Position numbers and translations under genes: made by a program. From Elusimicrobiota bacterium (GTDB lineage Bacteria > Elusimicrobiota > Elusimicrobia > UBA1565), in the NCBI GenBank assembly GCA_016212885.1, contig JACRDO010000132.1, positions 28,779-92,778 of the forward strand: a DNA stretch of 64,000 bases, in the 5' to 3' direction. The notes beneath the pieces were generated by a model. The model saw only the letters and a list, made by a program, of their open reading frames with translations. It made no database searches and was not told the origin of the DNA. Below, one piece after another: positions 54,568-63,063 of the stretch. The stretch's first letter is position 1. Each line of letters opens with the position of its first letter.

Positions 54568-56192
54568 GGAAATACGGCTGGCAAGTCGTCGGGGCGGGTG
54601 TCGCGGCTTTGGTCGCCCTGTTCCCGATCGGGGACCCGGACCTCTGGTGGCACCTCTCAGCCGCCCGCTTCATCCTGGACCATGCGGCCCTGCCGCATGC
54701 CGACTGGCTCTCATATACGCTGGCCGGGCAAGCCTGGGCCGACTTCGAGTGGCTCGCCGAGGTATTCTTCTACGCGGTCTATCGAATAGGCGGCTTGCCG
54801 GCCCTGTGGGCCCTCAAGGCCGCGCTCTTCTCGCTCGCGGCCGCGCTCGTGTGGGCTCTGCTCAAGCGCATGGGCTTCGACCGCGCCTCTTGCGCGGCCG
54901 GGGCCGCGGCCTGGGCCGTGTGCCTGATCCCGCGCTCGGAGATCCGAATCGAGCTGTTCTCGAACAGCGCTTTCGCGGCCCTGCTGATCGCGGTCCACTG
55001 GATCCGAGCCGGCCCGTTCGGCCAAAAGGAGCAAGCTCCGCGAAAGGCCCTGCTGGCCGTCGCAGCAGGCTTCGCGCTATGGGCGAACCTGCACGCGGGA
55101 TTCGCCGCTGGGCTCCTGCTCCTGGGCCTTCACGCGGCGGGGGATCAGCTGGACTCCATGCGCGCAGCGGCCCCCCAAGCCGGTCCGCGGGCGGCTTTCT
55201 TCACAGCGGCGGCTCTGGCAGGGCTCGCTGGAACGGTATTGAACCCCTACGGATTCGGGATTCATTCCGCCTTGTGGGCCCATGCCGCGGACAGCTCGAA
55301 GATCGCGGGGCTCATCCAGGAGTGGGGAAGCCTGCGCGTGGGCCGGTCGGTCCACTGGCCGGCCTTCCTGCTCCTGATCGCGACAGGGACGGCATTCATA
55401 AAGAGCCGGCGCAAAGGGCCGCTGCAGGCCGGGCCTTGGCTCGCCGCGGCCGTGTTCGGCCTGCTCTGCCTGCGCCACGCGCGCCTCATCCCGTATTTCG
55501 CGACCGCGGCCATCCCGCTGGCCTTGGGGCTTCTGGAGGATCTCAAGCCCGAGTTCGCGGCCCGGGCCTGCGCAGGGGTCGCCCTCGCCTGCGCGGTCTT
55601 CGCGGCGGATCAGGCCGTCGGCGCCGGGCTGTTGCGAAACACTTGGCAGGACCGCTTCGTTCCGCGCGAAGCGGCGGCCTTCCTTGATAAGCATCCTGAC
55701 CTGCTCGAACGGAGGATGTACCATGCCTGGGGCTGGGGGGGATATCTGGGGTTCAGGTTCGCTCCGAAGCTGAAGGTCTTCCAGGATGGGCGCTACATCT
55801 TCCATCCGCTGTTCTCCGAGGCGGCGGAAGCCGCGCGCGAGCCGGGTACTTGGCGGGAGTTCTTGGCTAAGTACGGAGTGGAAGCGGCGGTGGTGGAGAA
55901 CCTGCCGTTCAGAGTCAAGATGCCGCGCATCTATCCGGACGGGACCAGCCGGGACTTCATGAGGCCGTACTATGCGGCGTTTTTCCCTAAGGAGGCGTGG
56001 GCGCTGCTGCACTTCGACGAGAAGGCGCTGGTGCTGGCGCGGCGCTCAGGGTTCAAGCCCGCTGAGCTGGAGCCGTTGGAGTACCGGCTATTGAGGCCGG
56101 GGGACGAGGAGGCGCTGGAGGACGCGCTCAAGAGGGGGGAGGTGGATCTGAAGCGGCTCGAGGACGAGAGGAGACGGCATGGGGGGGGGTAG
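54564..56192 (+). CDS. Polytopic membrane protein, GT-C-fold glycosyltransferase-like (paralog 2)
   Basis: ATGA overlap with paralog 1. It shares the same motifs: DPDLWWHLSAARFILDHAALPHADWLSYTLAGQAWADFEWLAEVFFY and YHAWGWGGYLGFRFAPKLKVFQDGRY. Confidence 0.5.
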   Translation: MRKYGWQVVGAGVAALVALFPIGDPDLWWHLSAARFILDHAALPHADWLSYTLAGQAWADFEWLAEVFFYAVYRIGGLPALWALKAALFSLAAALVWALLKRMGFDRASCAAGAAAWAVCLIPRSEIRIELFSNSAFAALLIAVHWIRAGPFGQKEQAPRKALLAVAAGFALWANLHAGFAAGLLLLGLHAAGDQLDSMRAAAPQAGPRAAFFTAAALAGLAGTVLNPYGFGIHSALWAHAADSSKIAGLIQEWGSLRVGRSVHWPAFLLLIATGTAFIKSRRKGPLQAGPWLAAAVFGLLCLRHARLIPYFATAAIPLALGLLEDLKPEFAARACAGVALACAVFAADQAVGAGLLRNTWQDRFVPREAAAFLDKHPDLLERRMYHAWGWGGYLGFRFAPKLKVFQDGRYIFHPLFSEAAEAAREPGTWREFLAKYGVEAAVVENLPFRVKMPRIYPDGTSRDFMRPYYAAFFPKEAWALLHFDEKALVLARRSGFKPAELEPLEYRLLRPGDEEALEDALKRGEVDLKRLEDERRRHGGG

Positions 56193-56245
56193 GATTTGGA
56201 CGGGGCCAATTATCCCCTTTGGCTCTGTTGTTCTGCCACTGAAAG

Positions 56246-56396
56246 GGAATCGTTCGCGGTTGCGTTTGACCGTTTTGTTGAGATTGAAGGTCTCCACGCC
56301 ATAAAGCACAGCTAGGTCGCGGTCCAGCATGACCTTATGTCCCCGGATGAGATAGATTCGCCGCTCGATGTGCTCGATGGGTATCAGAGAGTCCAT
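56246..56396 (-). pseudogene. Truncated ORF6N (KilA-N-related) domain gene remnant
   Basis: MDSLIPIEHIERRIYLIRGHKVMLDRDLAVLYGVETFNLNKTVKRNRERFP matches the N-terminal ~50 aa of ORF6N-domain proteins. Similarity then ends. The remaining ORF runs into the 3' end of the upstream gene. The local region is lower in GC. Confidence 0.5.
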
Positions 56397-56449
56397 ATGC
56401 CTAATAATACGAGTGAGGACGGAAAAAGTTCCGCGCGACGGTGAAGGCG

Positions 56450-56935
56450 TTATCCCGCCGGCTTGTCGCCGGAAGGCTGGGCCGGGGCCGGCTGTGCGGG
56501 GGTAGCGGCCGCCTGCTTGGGCTTGGGCGAGCGCGCCTCGATGAGGGCGAGGGTCCGGGCTTTGAGATCAGGGTCCTTCTCTAGCAGGCTGGAGAAAGCT
56601 TCCTGCGGGATTACGAAGATCAGGGACTCGGGCGCCGAGCCCTTGATCGTGGCCCCCGCGGTGGTGAACTCCAGGATGGAGCGCTCGCCGAAGATGTCGC
56701 CCGAGCCGAGCTCGGCCGCCTTGACCCATTCCTTGTTCTTGTCCGGGCGGACGAAGACCGCGACCTTGCCGGTCGCGATCACGTGCAGGCCCTCGACCGT
56801 GACTCCCTTGAAGATGACGGTCTGGCCCTGCTTGACATGCTTCTGCTGAACGGCCTGGGCGAGGGCCCGGGCCCCCTCCTGCGTCAGCCCCTGCAGGAAG
56901 GGGACGTGGTTCTGCAGGAATTCGGTAATGGTCAT
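56450..56935 (-). CDS. Stand-alone cyclic-nucleotide-binding (CAP effector-type) domain protein
   Basis: FLQGLTQEGARALA......KQGQTVIFKG....GLHVIATGKVAV.........ELGSGDIFGERSIL fits the cNMP-binding beta-roll pattern. No DNA-binding domain follows. Confidence 0.7.
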   Translation of the reverse strand: MTITEFLQNHVPFLQGLTQEGARALAQAVQQKHVKQGQTVIFKGVTVEGLHVIATGKVAVFVRPDKNKEWVKAAELGSGDIFGERSILEFTTAGATIKGSAPESLIFVIPQEAFSSLLEKDPDLKARTLALIEARSPKPKQAAATPAQPAPAQPSGDKPAG

Positions 56936-56949
56936 GGAGCTTGTCTATT

Positions 56950-58392
56950 CTACGCGACGATGCCCTTCTCCCGCAAGTAGCTGCGGATCTTCGATCTCGC
57001 CCGCGCCGTCTTGACGAGCCTCAGCCAGTCCCTCTTCGGGACCGAGCCCTTGCGCGTGAGAATCTCGCAGATGTCGCCGGACTTGAGCTCGTAGTCGAGC
57101 GAGACCATCTTGTTGTTGACTTTCGCGCCCACGCAGGCCATGCCGATGTCCGTGTGCACGGCGAAGGCGAAGTCGAGCGGCATCGAGCCGGCCGGCAGGG
57201 CCTTGACCTCGCCCATCGGGGTGAAGATGAAGACCTGGTGGAGCTCCAGGTCGGTCTTGAGGCTCTCGAGGAACTCCCTGGGGCTCTTTAAGTCCTGCAG
57301 CCACTCCAGCCACTGCCTCAGCCAGTTGAGCTTCTCTTCCAGGTGCGCGTCGGTGGCGTGCTCGCCGCTCTTGTAGCGCCAGTGCGCGGCGATGCCGTAT
57401 TCCGCGGTCCGGTGCATCTCCTCGGTGCGCAGCTGGACCTCCACCAGCTCGCCGCCCGGGCCGACGACCGTGGTGTGCAGGCTCTGATAGAGGTTGATCT
57501 TCGGGATGGAGATGTAGTCCGTGAAGGAGCCCGCCACGGGCTTGAACTCCGAGTGGATGAGCCCGAGCAGGGCGTAGCAGTTGGCCACCGTGTCGGTGAG
57601 GATGCGCACGCCGAGGGAGTCCTGGATTTCGGGGTAGGGCTTCTTCTGGCGCTGCATCTTCGAATAAATGGAGTAGAGGCTCTTTGAGCGGGCGAGGATT
57701 CGGTGGGGGAGGCCGGACGCCTCGATCTTCCTGCCGAGGACCGCCTTGAAGTTCGAGAGCGTCTTCTCCCGGCTGCTGGTCAGGGCGTGCACCTCGCGCT
57801 CGAGCTCCGCGTGCTCCTGCGGATGGAGGTGCTTGAAAGCCAGGTCCTCGAGCTCGCTCTTAAGCTGGAACATCCCAAGGCGCTGCGCGAGCGGGGCGTA
57901 GAGCGTTAAGGTCTCGTGGGCGATGCGCTGCCGGCGCACCTCCTCGAGGAAATTCAGGGTGCGCATGTTGTTGAGGCGGTCGGCCAGCTTGATGATGATG
58001 ACCCGGATGTCCTGGGCCGTCGCCAGCAGCATCCTCCGCCAGTTGGCGGCCTGCGCTTCGTCGCGCGAGGTGAACTTCAGGGTGTCCAGCTTCGTCACCC
58101 CCTCGACGAGCTGGGTAATCTCGACGCCGAACTCCTTCTTCATCTGGGCCGCGGTGACCGGTGTGTCCTCGATGACGTCGTGCAGGAGCCCAGCGCAGAC
58201 CGTGGGCAGGTCCAGCTTGAACTCCAGCAGGGTCCGCGCGACGGCCTCGCAATGCACGAAGTAGTCCTCTCCGGAGGCCCGCGCCTGGGAGGCGTGGGCC
58301 GATTCCGAGAACTCGAAGGCCTTCTCCAGGATGGAGGCGTCCAAGTGCGGGGAGTACTCTAGAAAGCGCGCCTTCATCTCTTCGGAGGTCAC
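56950..58392 (-). CDS. spoT: Short bifunctional RelA/SpoT homolog (HD hydrolase + synthetase + TGS; no ACT/RRM region)
   Basis: The GTG start sits in a GTGA overlap with the ZIP gene stop; ATG 58377 is the alternative. HD motif GLLHDVIEDT, the synthetase region YSIYSKM......I.D..G.R and TGS FIFTPMGEVKALPAGSMPLDFAFAVH are present. The protein ends about 35 aa after TGS. The upstream part of ORF 56950..58833 is artefact. Confidence 0.8.
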   Translation of the reverse strand: MTSEEMKARFLEYSPHLDASILEKAFEFSESAHASQARASGEDYFVHCEAVARTLLEFKLDLPTVCAGLLHDVIEDTPVTAAQMKKEFGVEITQLVEGVTKLDTLKFTSRDEAQAANWRRMLLATAQDIRVIIIKLADRLNNMRTLNFLEEVRRQRIAHETLTLYAPLAQRLGMFQLKSELEDLAFKHLHPQEHAELEREVHALTSSREKTLSNFKAVLGRKIEASGLPHRILARSKSLYSIYSKMQRQKKPYPEIQDSLGVRILTDTVANCYALLGLIHSEFKPVAGSFTDYISIPKINLYQSLHTTVVGPGGELVEVQLRTEEMHRTAEYGIAAHWRYKSGEHATDAHLEEKLNWLRQWLEWLQDLKSPREFLESLKTDLELHQVFIFTPMGEVKALPAGSMPLDFAFAVHTDIGMACVGAKVNNKMVSLDYELKSGDICEILTRKGSVPKRDWLRLVKTARARSKIRSYLREKGIVA

Positions 58393-59111
58393 AGCCAGCC
58401 CCGCATCGCGGCGATAGCCGCGGCCCCCGCGATGAAGAAGGCCAGGCTCCAGGGGTCCTTCTTCTTGTGGGTCCGGGCGAAGGCCGCGGAGGCCGCGATG
58501 TAGAGCAGGGAGCCGCCCGAGAAGGCCAGCAAGGCCGCGGTGAGCCCCGGCGCCAGGCCCCGCAGGCCGAGGAAGCTGAGGGCGCTTCCCAAGGGGGTGG
58601 CCAGGGTGATGATCGCAAGCGACGCGAGCACCGAGCCGCGCGGGTAGCCGCCCTCCTCCAGGAGCGAGGTCAGCGTGAAGCCGTCGGCCAGCTTGTGGAG
58701 GAGCAGCGCGACCCCTCCGGCCGTGCCGAGCGCCTGTCCGGCCGCGAACGCCGCGCTGAGGTTGAAACCGTCGAGAAAGGAGTGCAGGAACAGCGCAGCC
58801 AGGGCCCAGGGACCCAGGCGATGGGCGTGGCACTCATCGACGAACTCGCAGCAGGTGTCGGGGATCGAGGCGCTTTCGATCGCGAAGAGGGCGAGGAAGG
58901 CGGCCAAGGCTCCCACGCCGGCCAGGGTCTCGTTGAGGCGCGCGGCCTCCGGCAGGATGCCTACCAGCGCCACGCTGAGCAGGATGCCGGAGCGCAGGGC
59001 GAACATCCGGCCGATGGCCGCGCGCGAGAGCGCGCTGCGGACCGCCGGGACGAGCCCTCCGAGCAGGGTCATCCCCACGGCCGCGCAGTTGAACGCCGTC
59101 AGGCGGGTCAC
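58389..59111 (-). CDS. ZIP-family divalent metal transporter
   Basis: The GTG start sits in a GTGA overlap with the msbA-like stop. It has multiple TM helices with HSFLDGFNLSAAF and LLHKLADGF (ZIP/ZupT-type His/Asp motifs). Confidence 0.65.
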   Translation of the reverse strand: MTRLTAFNCAAVGMTLLGGLVPAVRSALSRAAIGRMFALRSGILLSVALVGILPEAARLNETLAGVGALAAFLALFAIESASIPDTCCEFVDECHAHRLGPWALAALFLHSFLDGFNLSAAFAAGQALGTAGGVALLLHKLADGFTLTSLLEEGGYPRGSVLASLAIITLATPLGSALSFLGLRGLAPGLTAALLAFSGGSLLYIAASAAFARTHKKKDPWSLAFFIAGAAAIAAMRGWL

Positions 59112-60868
59112 GAAGCGGGAGCGACCGGGTCCGGGCGCTGCGGGGGTTCCGCCTTCTGGATCTCGTAGAGGCGCCGGTAGACCCCGTCGCGCTCGATGAG
59201 CTGGGCGTGCGTGCCGCACTCCGCGACGGTTCCTTCCCGGAGGACGTAGATGCGGTCAGCTGAGCGCACGGTCGAGAGCCGGTGGGCGATCACGAGCGTC
59301 GTGCGCCCCTCCATCAGCCGCTCCAGGGCCGATTGGACCTCACCCTCGCTTGTGGAGTCGAGGTTGCTCGTGGCCTCATCGAGCACCAGGAGGGAGGGGT
59401 TCTTGAGAACCGCGCGGGCGATGGCGAGGCGCTGGCGCTGGCCCCCCGAGAGCTTCATGCCCCTGTCCCCGAGCTGGGTCTGGTAGCCCTGCGGCAGCGA
59501 CTCGATAAAGTCGTGGGCGTCGGCGATGCGGCAGGCCCGGGCCACATCCTCCGGGCTCGCGGAGCGCCGGCCGATGGCCACGTTCTGGAAGACCGTTTCG
59601 TTGAAGAGCACCGTCTCCTGGGTGACCAGGCCGACCTGGCCGCGCACGGACCGCAGGTCGAGCTCGCGCAGGTCCGCGTTGTCGAGGAGGATGCGGCCTC
59701 CCGCGGGGTCGTAGAGCCGCAGCAGCAAATAGACCAGGGTCGATTTCCCGGACCCGGAGGGGCCGACGATCGCCACGCGCTCGCCGCGGTGGACCTCGAT
59801 GGCCACGTCCCGGAGCGCGTGCTGCTCGCGCGAGGGATAGCGGAAGCTGACTCGGTCGAAGCGGATCAGGGATTTGAGACCCGTGAATGGCGCGGAGTCC
59901 GGACGCTCCAGGACCGTGGGGCGCTCGTCTAGGAGCTGGAACATCCTCTCCCCGGAGGCCAGCCCGCGCTGGAGCTCGGAGTTGAGGCGGGCGAGGTTCT
60001 TGGTCGGGGAGTAGGCCGCGAAGAAGGCGGCGAGGAAGGCGAAGAAATCGCCGGTGGTCATCCGGCCGACGATGATCTCCCGCCCGCCGTAGTAGAGCAG
60101 GACCGAGAGGATCAGGGCCCCGCAGAGCTCCATCAGGGGGCCGGAGAGCGCGGTCGCGCGGAGGTAGCGCATCGTCTGGACGAAGAAGGAGAGATTCTCC
60201 CCGCGGAACTTCTCGACGGCGCCTTCCTCGTAGTTGAACGCCTTGATGAGCAGCATGCCCTGCAGGCTCTCCTGGAAGCGGTGGTAGATTTGCCCCATGA
60301 TGACCTGGCTCTGCATGCTGGAGTCGCGCATCTTCCGGCCCAGGATCACGAGCGCCACTGAGGCGACCGGGATGGAAAGGAGGGCGATGAAGGCGAAGCG
60401 CCAGTTGAGGTAGAAGAGCACGGTCATGAGGGCGAAAATCGTCAGGGTGTCGCGGATGAGGTAGAGGGGCAGGAACTGCAGGGAGGACTGGACGTTGCTC
60501 AAATCGTTGGTGACCCGCGCGAGGACCTCGGCGGATTTGTTCTCCGCATAGTAGTCGAGGGAGAGGGTGTGGAGGTGGCGGAAGAGCTCCTCGCGCAGGG
60601 TCTGGGTCGCGCGCTGGCCGATCCAGCTCATGAGGTAGTTCTGCACGTAGCCCGCGGCGGTCTTCAGCGCGATCAAGGCCGGGACCCCGACGATCGCCAG
60701 CCAGAGCCACCGGAAGTCCTTGGAGATGAGGGCCTGGTCGATGATGGGCTTGAGCAGGTAGACAGTGGCGCCGTTGACCGCGGCTACGACGACCATCGCG
60801 GCCGCGGCCTGGATGAAGCGCAGCCGGTAGGGCCGCACGTAGGGGAGCAGGCGCCGGGCGACGTTCAT
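59108..60868 (-). CDS. msbA: ABC exporter, MsbA-like lipid A flippase (TMD + NBD)
   Basis: The start MNVARRLLPYVRPYR is in an ATGA overlap with the lpxB stop. Six-helix TMD, Walker A GPSGSGKST, signature LSGGQRQR and Walker B LLVLDEATS. The remainder of the 1037-aa ORF (60869-62221) overlaps lpxB out of frame and is rejected. Confidence 0.8.
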   Translation of the reverse strand: MNVARRLLPYVRPYRLRFIQAAAAMVVVAAVNGATVYLLKPIIDQALISKDFRWLWLAIVGVPALIALKTAAGYVQNYLMSWIGQRATQTLREELFRHLHTLSLDYYAENKSAEVLARVTNDLSNVQSSLQFLPLYLIRDTLTIFALMTVLFYLNWRFAFIALLSIPVASVALVILGRKMRDSSMQSQVIMGQIYHRFQESLQGMLLIKAFNYEEGAVEKFRGENLSFFVQTMRYLRATALSGPLMELCGALILSVLLYYGGREIIVGRMTTGDFFAFLAAFFAAYSPTKNLARLNSELQRGLASGERMFQLLDERPTVLERPDSAPFTGLKSLIRFDRVSFRYPSREQHALRDVAIEVHRGERVAIVGPSGSGKSTLVYLLLRLYDPAGGRILLDNADLRELDLRSVRGQVGLVTQETVLFNETVFQNVAIGRRSASPEDVARACRIADAHDFIESLPQGYQTQLGDRGMKLSGGQRQRLAIARAVLKNPSLLVLDEATSNLDSTSEGEVQSALERLMEGRTTLVIAHRLSTVRSADRIYVLREGTVAECGTHAQLIERDGVYRRLYEIQKAEPPQRPDPVAPAS

Positions 60869-62019
60869 GCGCGAACCTCCTCGCGGCGGCGCGAGGCTTC
60901 CGAAAGCAGGATGTCCGCGGCGCGGCCGGTGGCGCCCGGTCCCCCGAGCTTCCTGCGCAGGGACAAGAGGTCCTTGCGCAGGGCGCAAAGGCGTCTTTGG
61001 TCCGCGAGCATGGTGAGCGCCGCCCGCGCGATCTTCTCCGGCGTCGCGTCGCGCTGGATGAGCTCCGGGACCATGTCCCGGCCGGCCAGGATGTTCGCCA
61101 TCGCGATATGCTTGACGCGGATCATGGCCCGGGCGAGCGCGTAGGTCGGCCAGGAATGCCGGTAAAACACGACCATCGGGACCCCGAGCAAGGCGTTCTC
61201 CACCGTCGCCGTGCCCGAAGAGGTAAGGGCGAAGTCGAGCTGAGCGCGCTCCGCGTAGTCGGCTTCCCGCACCAGGCGCATGCGGCGGCGCGAGGAGGAC
61301 ATCCACTGGGCGATCAAGTCCCGGTACGCGGCGTCGGGTGCCTGGGCGGTCGCGAAGACCGAGAACTCCGCCTCCGGGCGCTCCTGGAGGATGATCGACG
61401 CGGCGCAGAGCAGGATCGGCAGGTGCCGCTCGATCTCCGAGGGGCGGCTGCCCGGCAGGAGGCCGATGCGCAGCCGGTCCCCCTCCCGCATCGGGGCCCC
61501 CGGGCTGGGCAGCATGTCCAGCAGGGGATGTCCCACCCAGGCGACCGGCACGCCGGCCTCGCGGTAGAGCTTCTCCTCGAAGGGGAAGATGACGAGCATT
61601 CGGTCCACCAAGCGCTGGATGGTGCGCAGGCGGCCCGGCCGGGTCGCCCAGACCTGGGGGCTGATGTAGTAGAACGCCGGCACGCCGGACCCTTTCGCGG
61701 CCGCGAGGACATGGCGGTGGAAGCCGTAGTAGTCGATGCAGACCGCGGCGTCGGGGCGCTCCAGGCGCATCAAGGTCGCCAGGTCCGCGTGCAGGCGGAT
61801 GAGGGTGGGCACGCGCCGGAGCGGCTCGATGAAGCCGGTGATGCCCAGGCCGGCCAAGTCGAAGAGGAACTCGCAGCCGGTCTGGGCCGCGGCGCGCTTC
61901 ATCTGCGCGCCTCCGACCGCGTCCACGCGCAGCGAGGGCTCGCGGGCCTTCAGGGCGCGGATCAGCAGGGCGCCGTAGTTGTCGCCGGAAGGGTCCCCGG
62001 CGCAGATCAGGAAGCGCAA
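60865..62019 (-). CDS. lpxB: Lipid-A-disaccharide synthase
   Basis: MRFLICAGDPSGDNYGALLIRAL....P.......GG..M at the N-terminus and SGTATVENALLGVPMVV toward the C-terminus fit the LpxB pattern. Confidence 0.85.
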   Translation of the reverse strand: MRFLICAGDPSGDNYGALLIRALKAREPSLRVDAVGGAQMKRAAAQTGCEFLFDLAGLGITGFIEPLRRVPTLIRLHADLATLMRLERPDAAVCIDYYGFHRHVLAAAKGSGVPAFYYISPQVWATRPGRLRTIQRLVDRMLVIFPFEEKLYREAGVPVAWVGHPLLDMLPSPGAPMREGDRLRIGLLPGSRPSEIERHLPILLCAASIILQERPEAEFSVFATAQAPDAAYRDLIAQWMSSSRRRMRLVREADYAERAQLDFALTSSGTATVENALLGVPMVVFYRHSWPTYALARAMIRVKHIAMANILAGRDMVPELIQRDATPEKIARAALTMLADQRRLCALRKDLLSLRRKLGGPGATGRAADILLSEASRRREEVRA

Positions 62020-62022
62020 AGC

Positions 62023-63063
62023 TCAGCCTCCGAGCACGGACTTCGATACCGACTGCGCGATCTTGCCGAGGTCCCCGACCCAATTGGGGAGGAATGCGCG
62101 CGACTGCTGATGGCCCGCGAGCTCGTACTTCTCGAGCTCGTCGGTGATCTGGAGCGCGAGCCTGAGGGCTTCCATTCCGTGCTCGCCGGAAGGCCAGGGC
62201 TTGCGCCCGTGGCGGATGCACTCGATGAAGTGGTCGATCTCGCTGCGCAGGGGCTCCATCTTCGGCAGCTTCGGCTCATGCACCTCGACGTCCGCCAGGG
62301 TCCGGATGACCGGGACTTTTTTCCGGCAGACCTTCAGGGACGCGTTCGCGTAGTCCAAGGAGATATAGCTGCTCTCCTGGAAGATGCGGACCTTCCGGCA
62401 GCGCTTGAGCGATATCCGGCTGGCCGTGAGGTCCGCGATGCAGCCGGCCTTGAACCTCACCCGGACGTTGGCGATGTCCTCGTGCTTGGAGAACAGGCTC
62501 GCGCCGACGGCTTCCAGGCTCTCGATCTCCGAGCCCACGAGGGTGAGCAGGATGTCGAGGTCGTGGATCATCAGGTCCATGACGACGCCGATGTCCGAGA
62601 CGCGGGGATCGTAGGGGCCGAGACGCTCGACGCTCACGAAGCGCGGGTGGCGGATGTACTCGATGGCCTTGAGCACGGCCGGATTGAAGCGCTCGACGTG
62701 GCCGACCTGCAGAACGGTGCCGCTCTTCTCGGAGACGGCCAGCAGCTCCTTGGCCTGCTCGACGTCGGCGGCGAGGGGCTTCTCGATGAGGCAGTGGATG
62801 CCTTTCTGCATCGCGGCCAGGCCCACCTCGTGATGCTTGTCGGTGGGGACCGCGACGACGGCGGCGTCGATGCGGTCGAGAATCTGGCGGTAGTCGCGGT
62901 AGGCCAGCGCCCCGGTCCTCCAGGCGAGGACCTGGGCCCGCCAGACGTTGGGATCGCAGACCCCGACGAGCTCCGCATCGGGGTGGCGGCCGATGATGCG
63001 TGCGTGATGGGCGCCGATGCGGCCTGCGCCGATGACGGCGAACCGGAGTTTGTTGGGCTTCAT
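62023..63063 (-). CDS. Gfo/Idh/MocA-family NAD-dependent oxidoreductase embedded in the lpx cluster (GnnA-like candidate)
   Basis: Start MKPNKLRFAVIGAGRIGAHHARI (Rossmann GxGxxG), then EKPLA and GHVERFNP. The upstream part of ORF 62023..63444 is rejected. Confidence 0.7.
   Translation of the reverse strand: MKPNKLRFAVIGAGRIGAHHARIIGRHPDAELVGVCDPNVWRAQVLAWRTGALAYRDYRQILDRIDAAVVAVPTDKHHEVGLAAMQKGIHCLIEKPLAADVEQAKELLAVSEKSGTVLQVGHVERFNPAVLKAIEYIRHPRFVSVERLGPYDPRVSDIGVVMDLMIHDLDILLTLVGSEIESLEAVGASLFSKHEDIANVRVRFKAGCIADLTASRISLKRCRKVRIFQESSYISLDYANASLKVCRKKVPVIRTLADVEVHEPKLPKMEPLRSEIDHFIECIRHGRKPWPSGEHGMEALRLALQITDELEKYELAGHQQSRAFLPNWVGDLGKIAQSVSKSVLGG

Noticed and set aside
58393-58833. Upstream extensions of several minus-strand ORFs: spoT to 58833, ZIP to 59219, oxidoreductase to 63444, HAD to 35611, GGDEF to 36216 and GH57-like to 33283.
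   Set aside because: The extensions are compositionally aberrant and overlap the well-supported upstream genes. Internal GTG/ATG starts in 4-nt overlaps with the preceding stop, or starts preceding signal peptides, give proteins of normal family length.
60869-62221. N-terminal 451 aa of the 1037-aa ORF 59108..62221, which would make a giant MsbA.
   Set aside because: This part is Arg/Pro/Gly-rich and overlaps lpxB in another frame. The ABC exporter begins cleanly at MNVARRLLPYVRPYR (60868) in an ATGA overlap with the lpxB stop.
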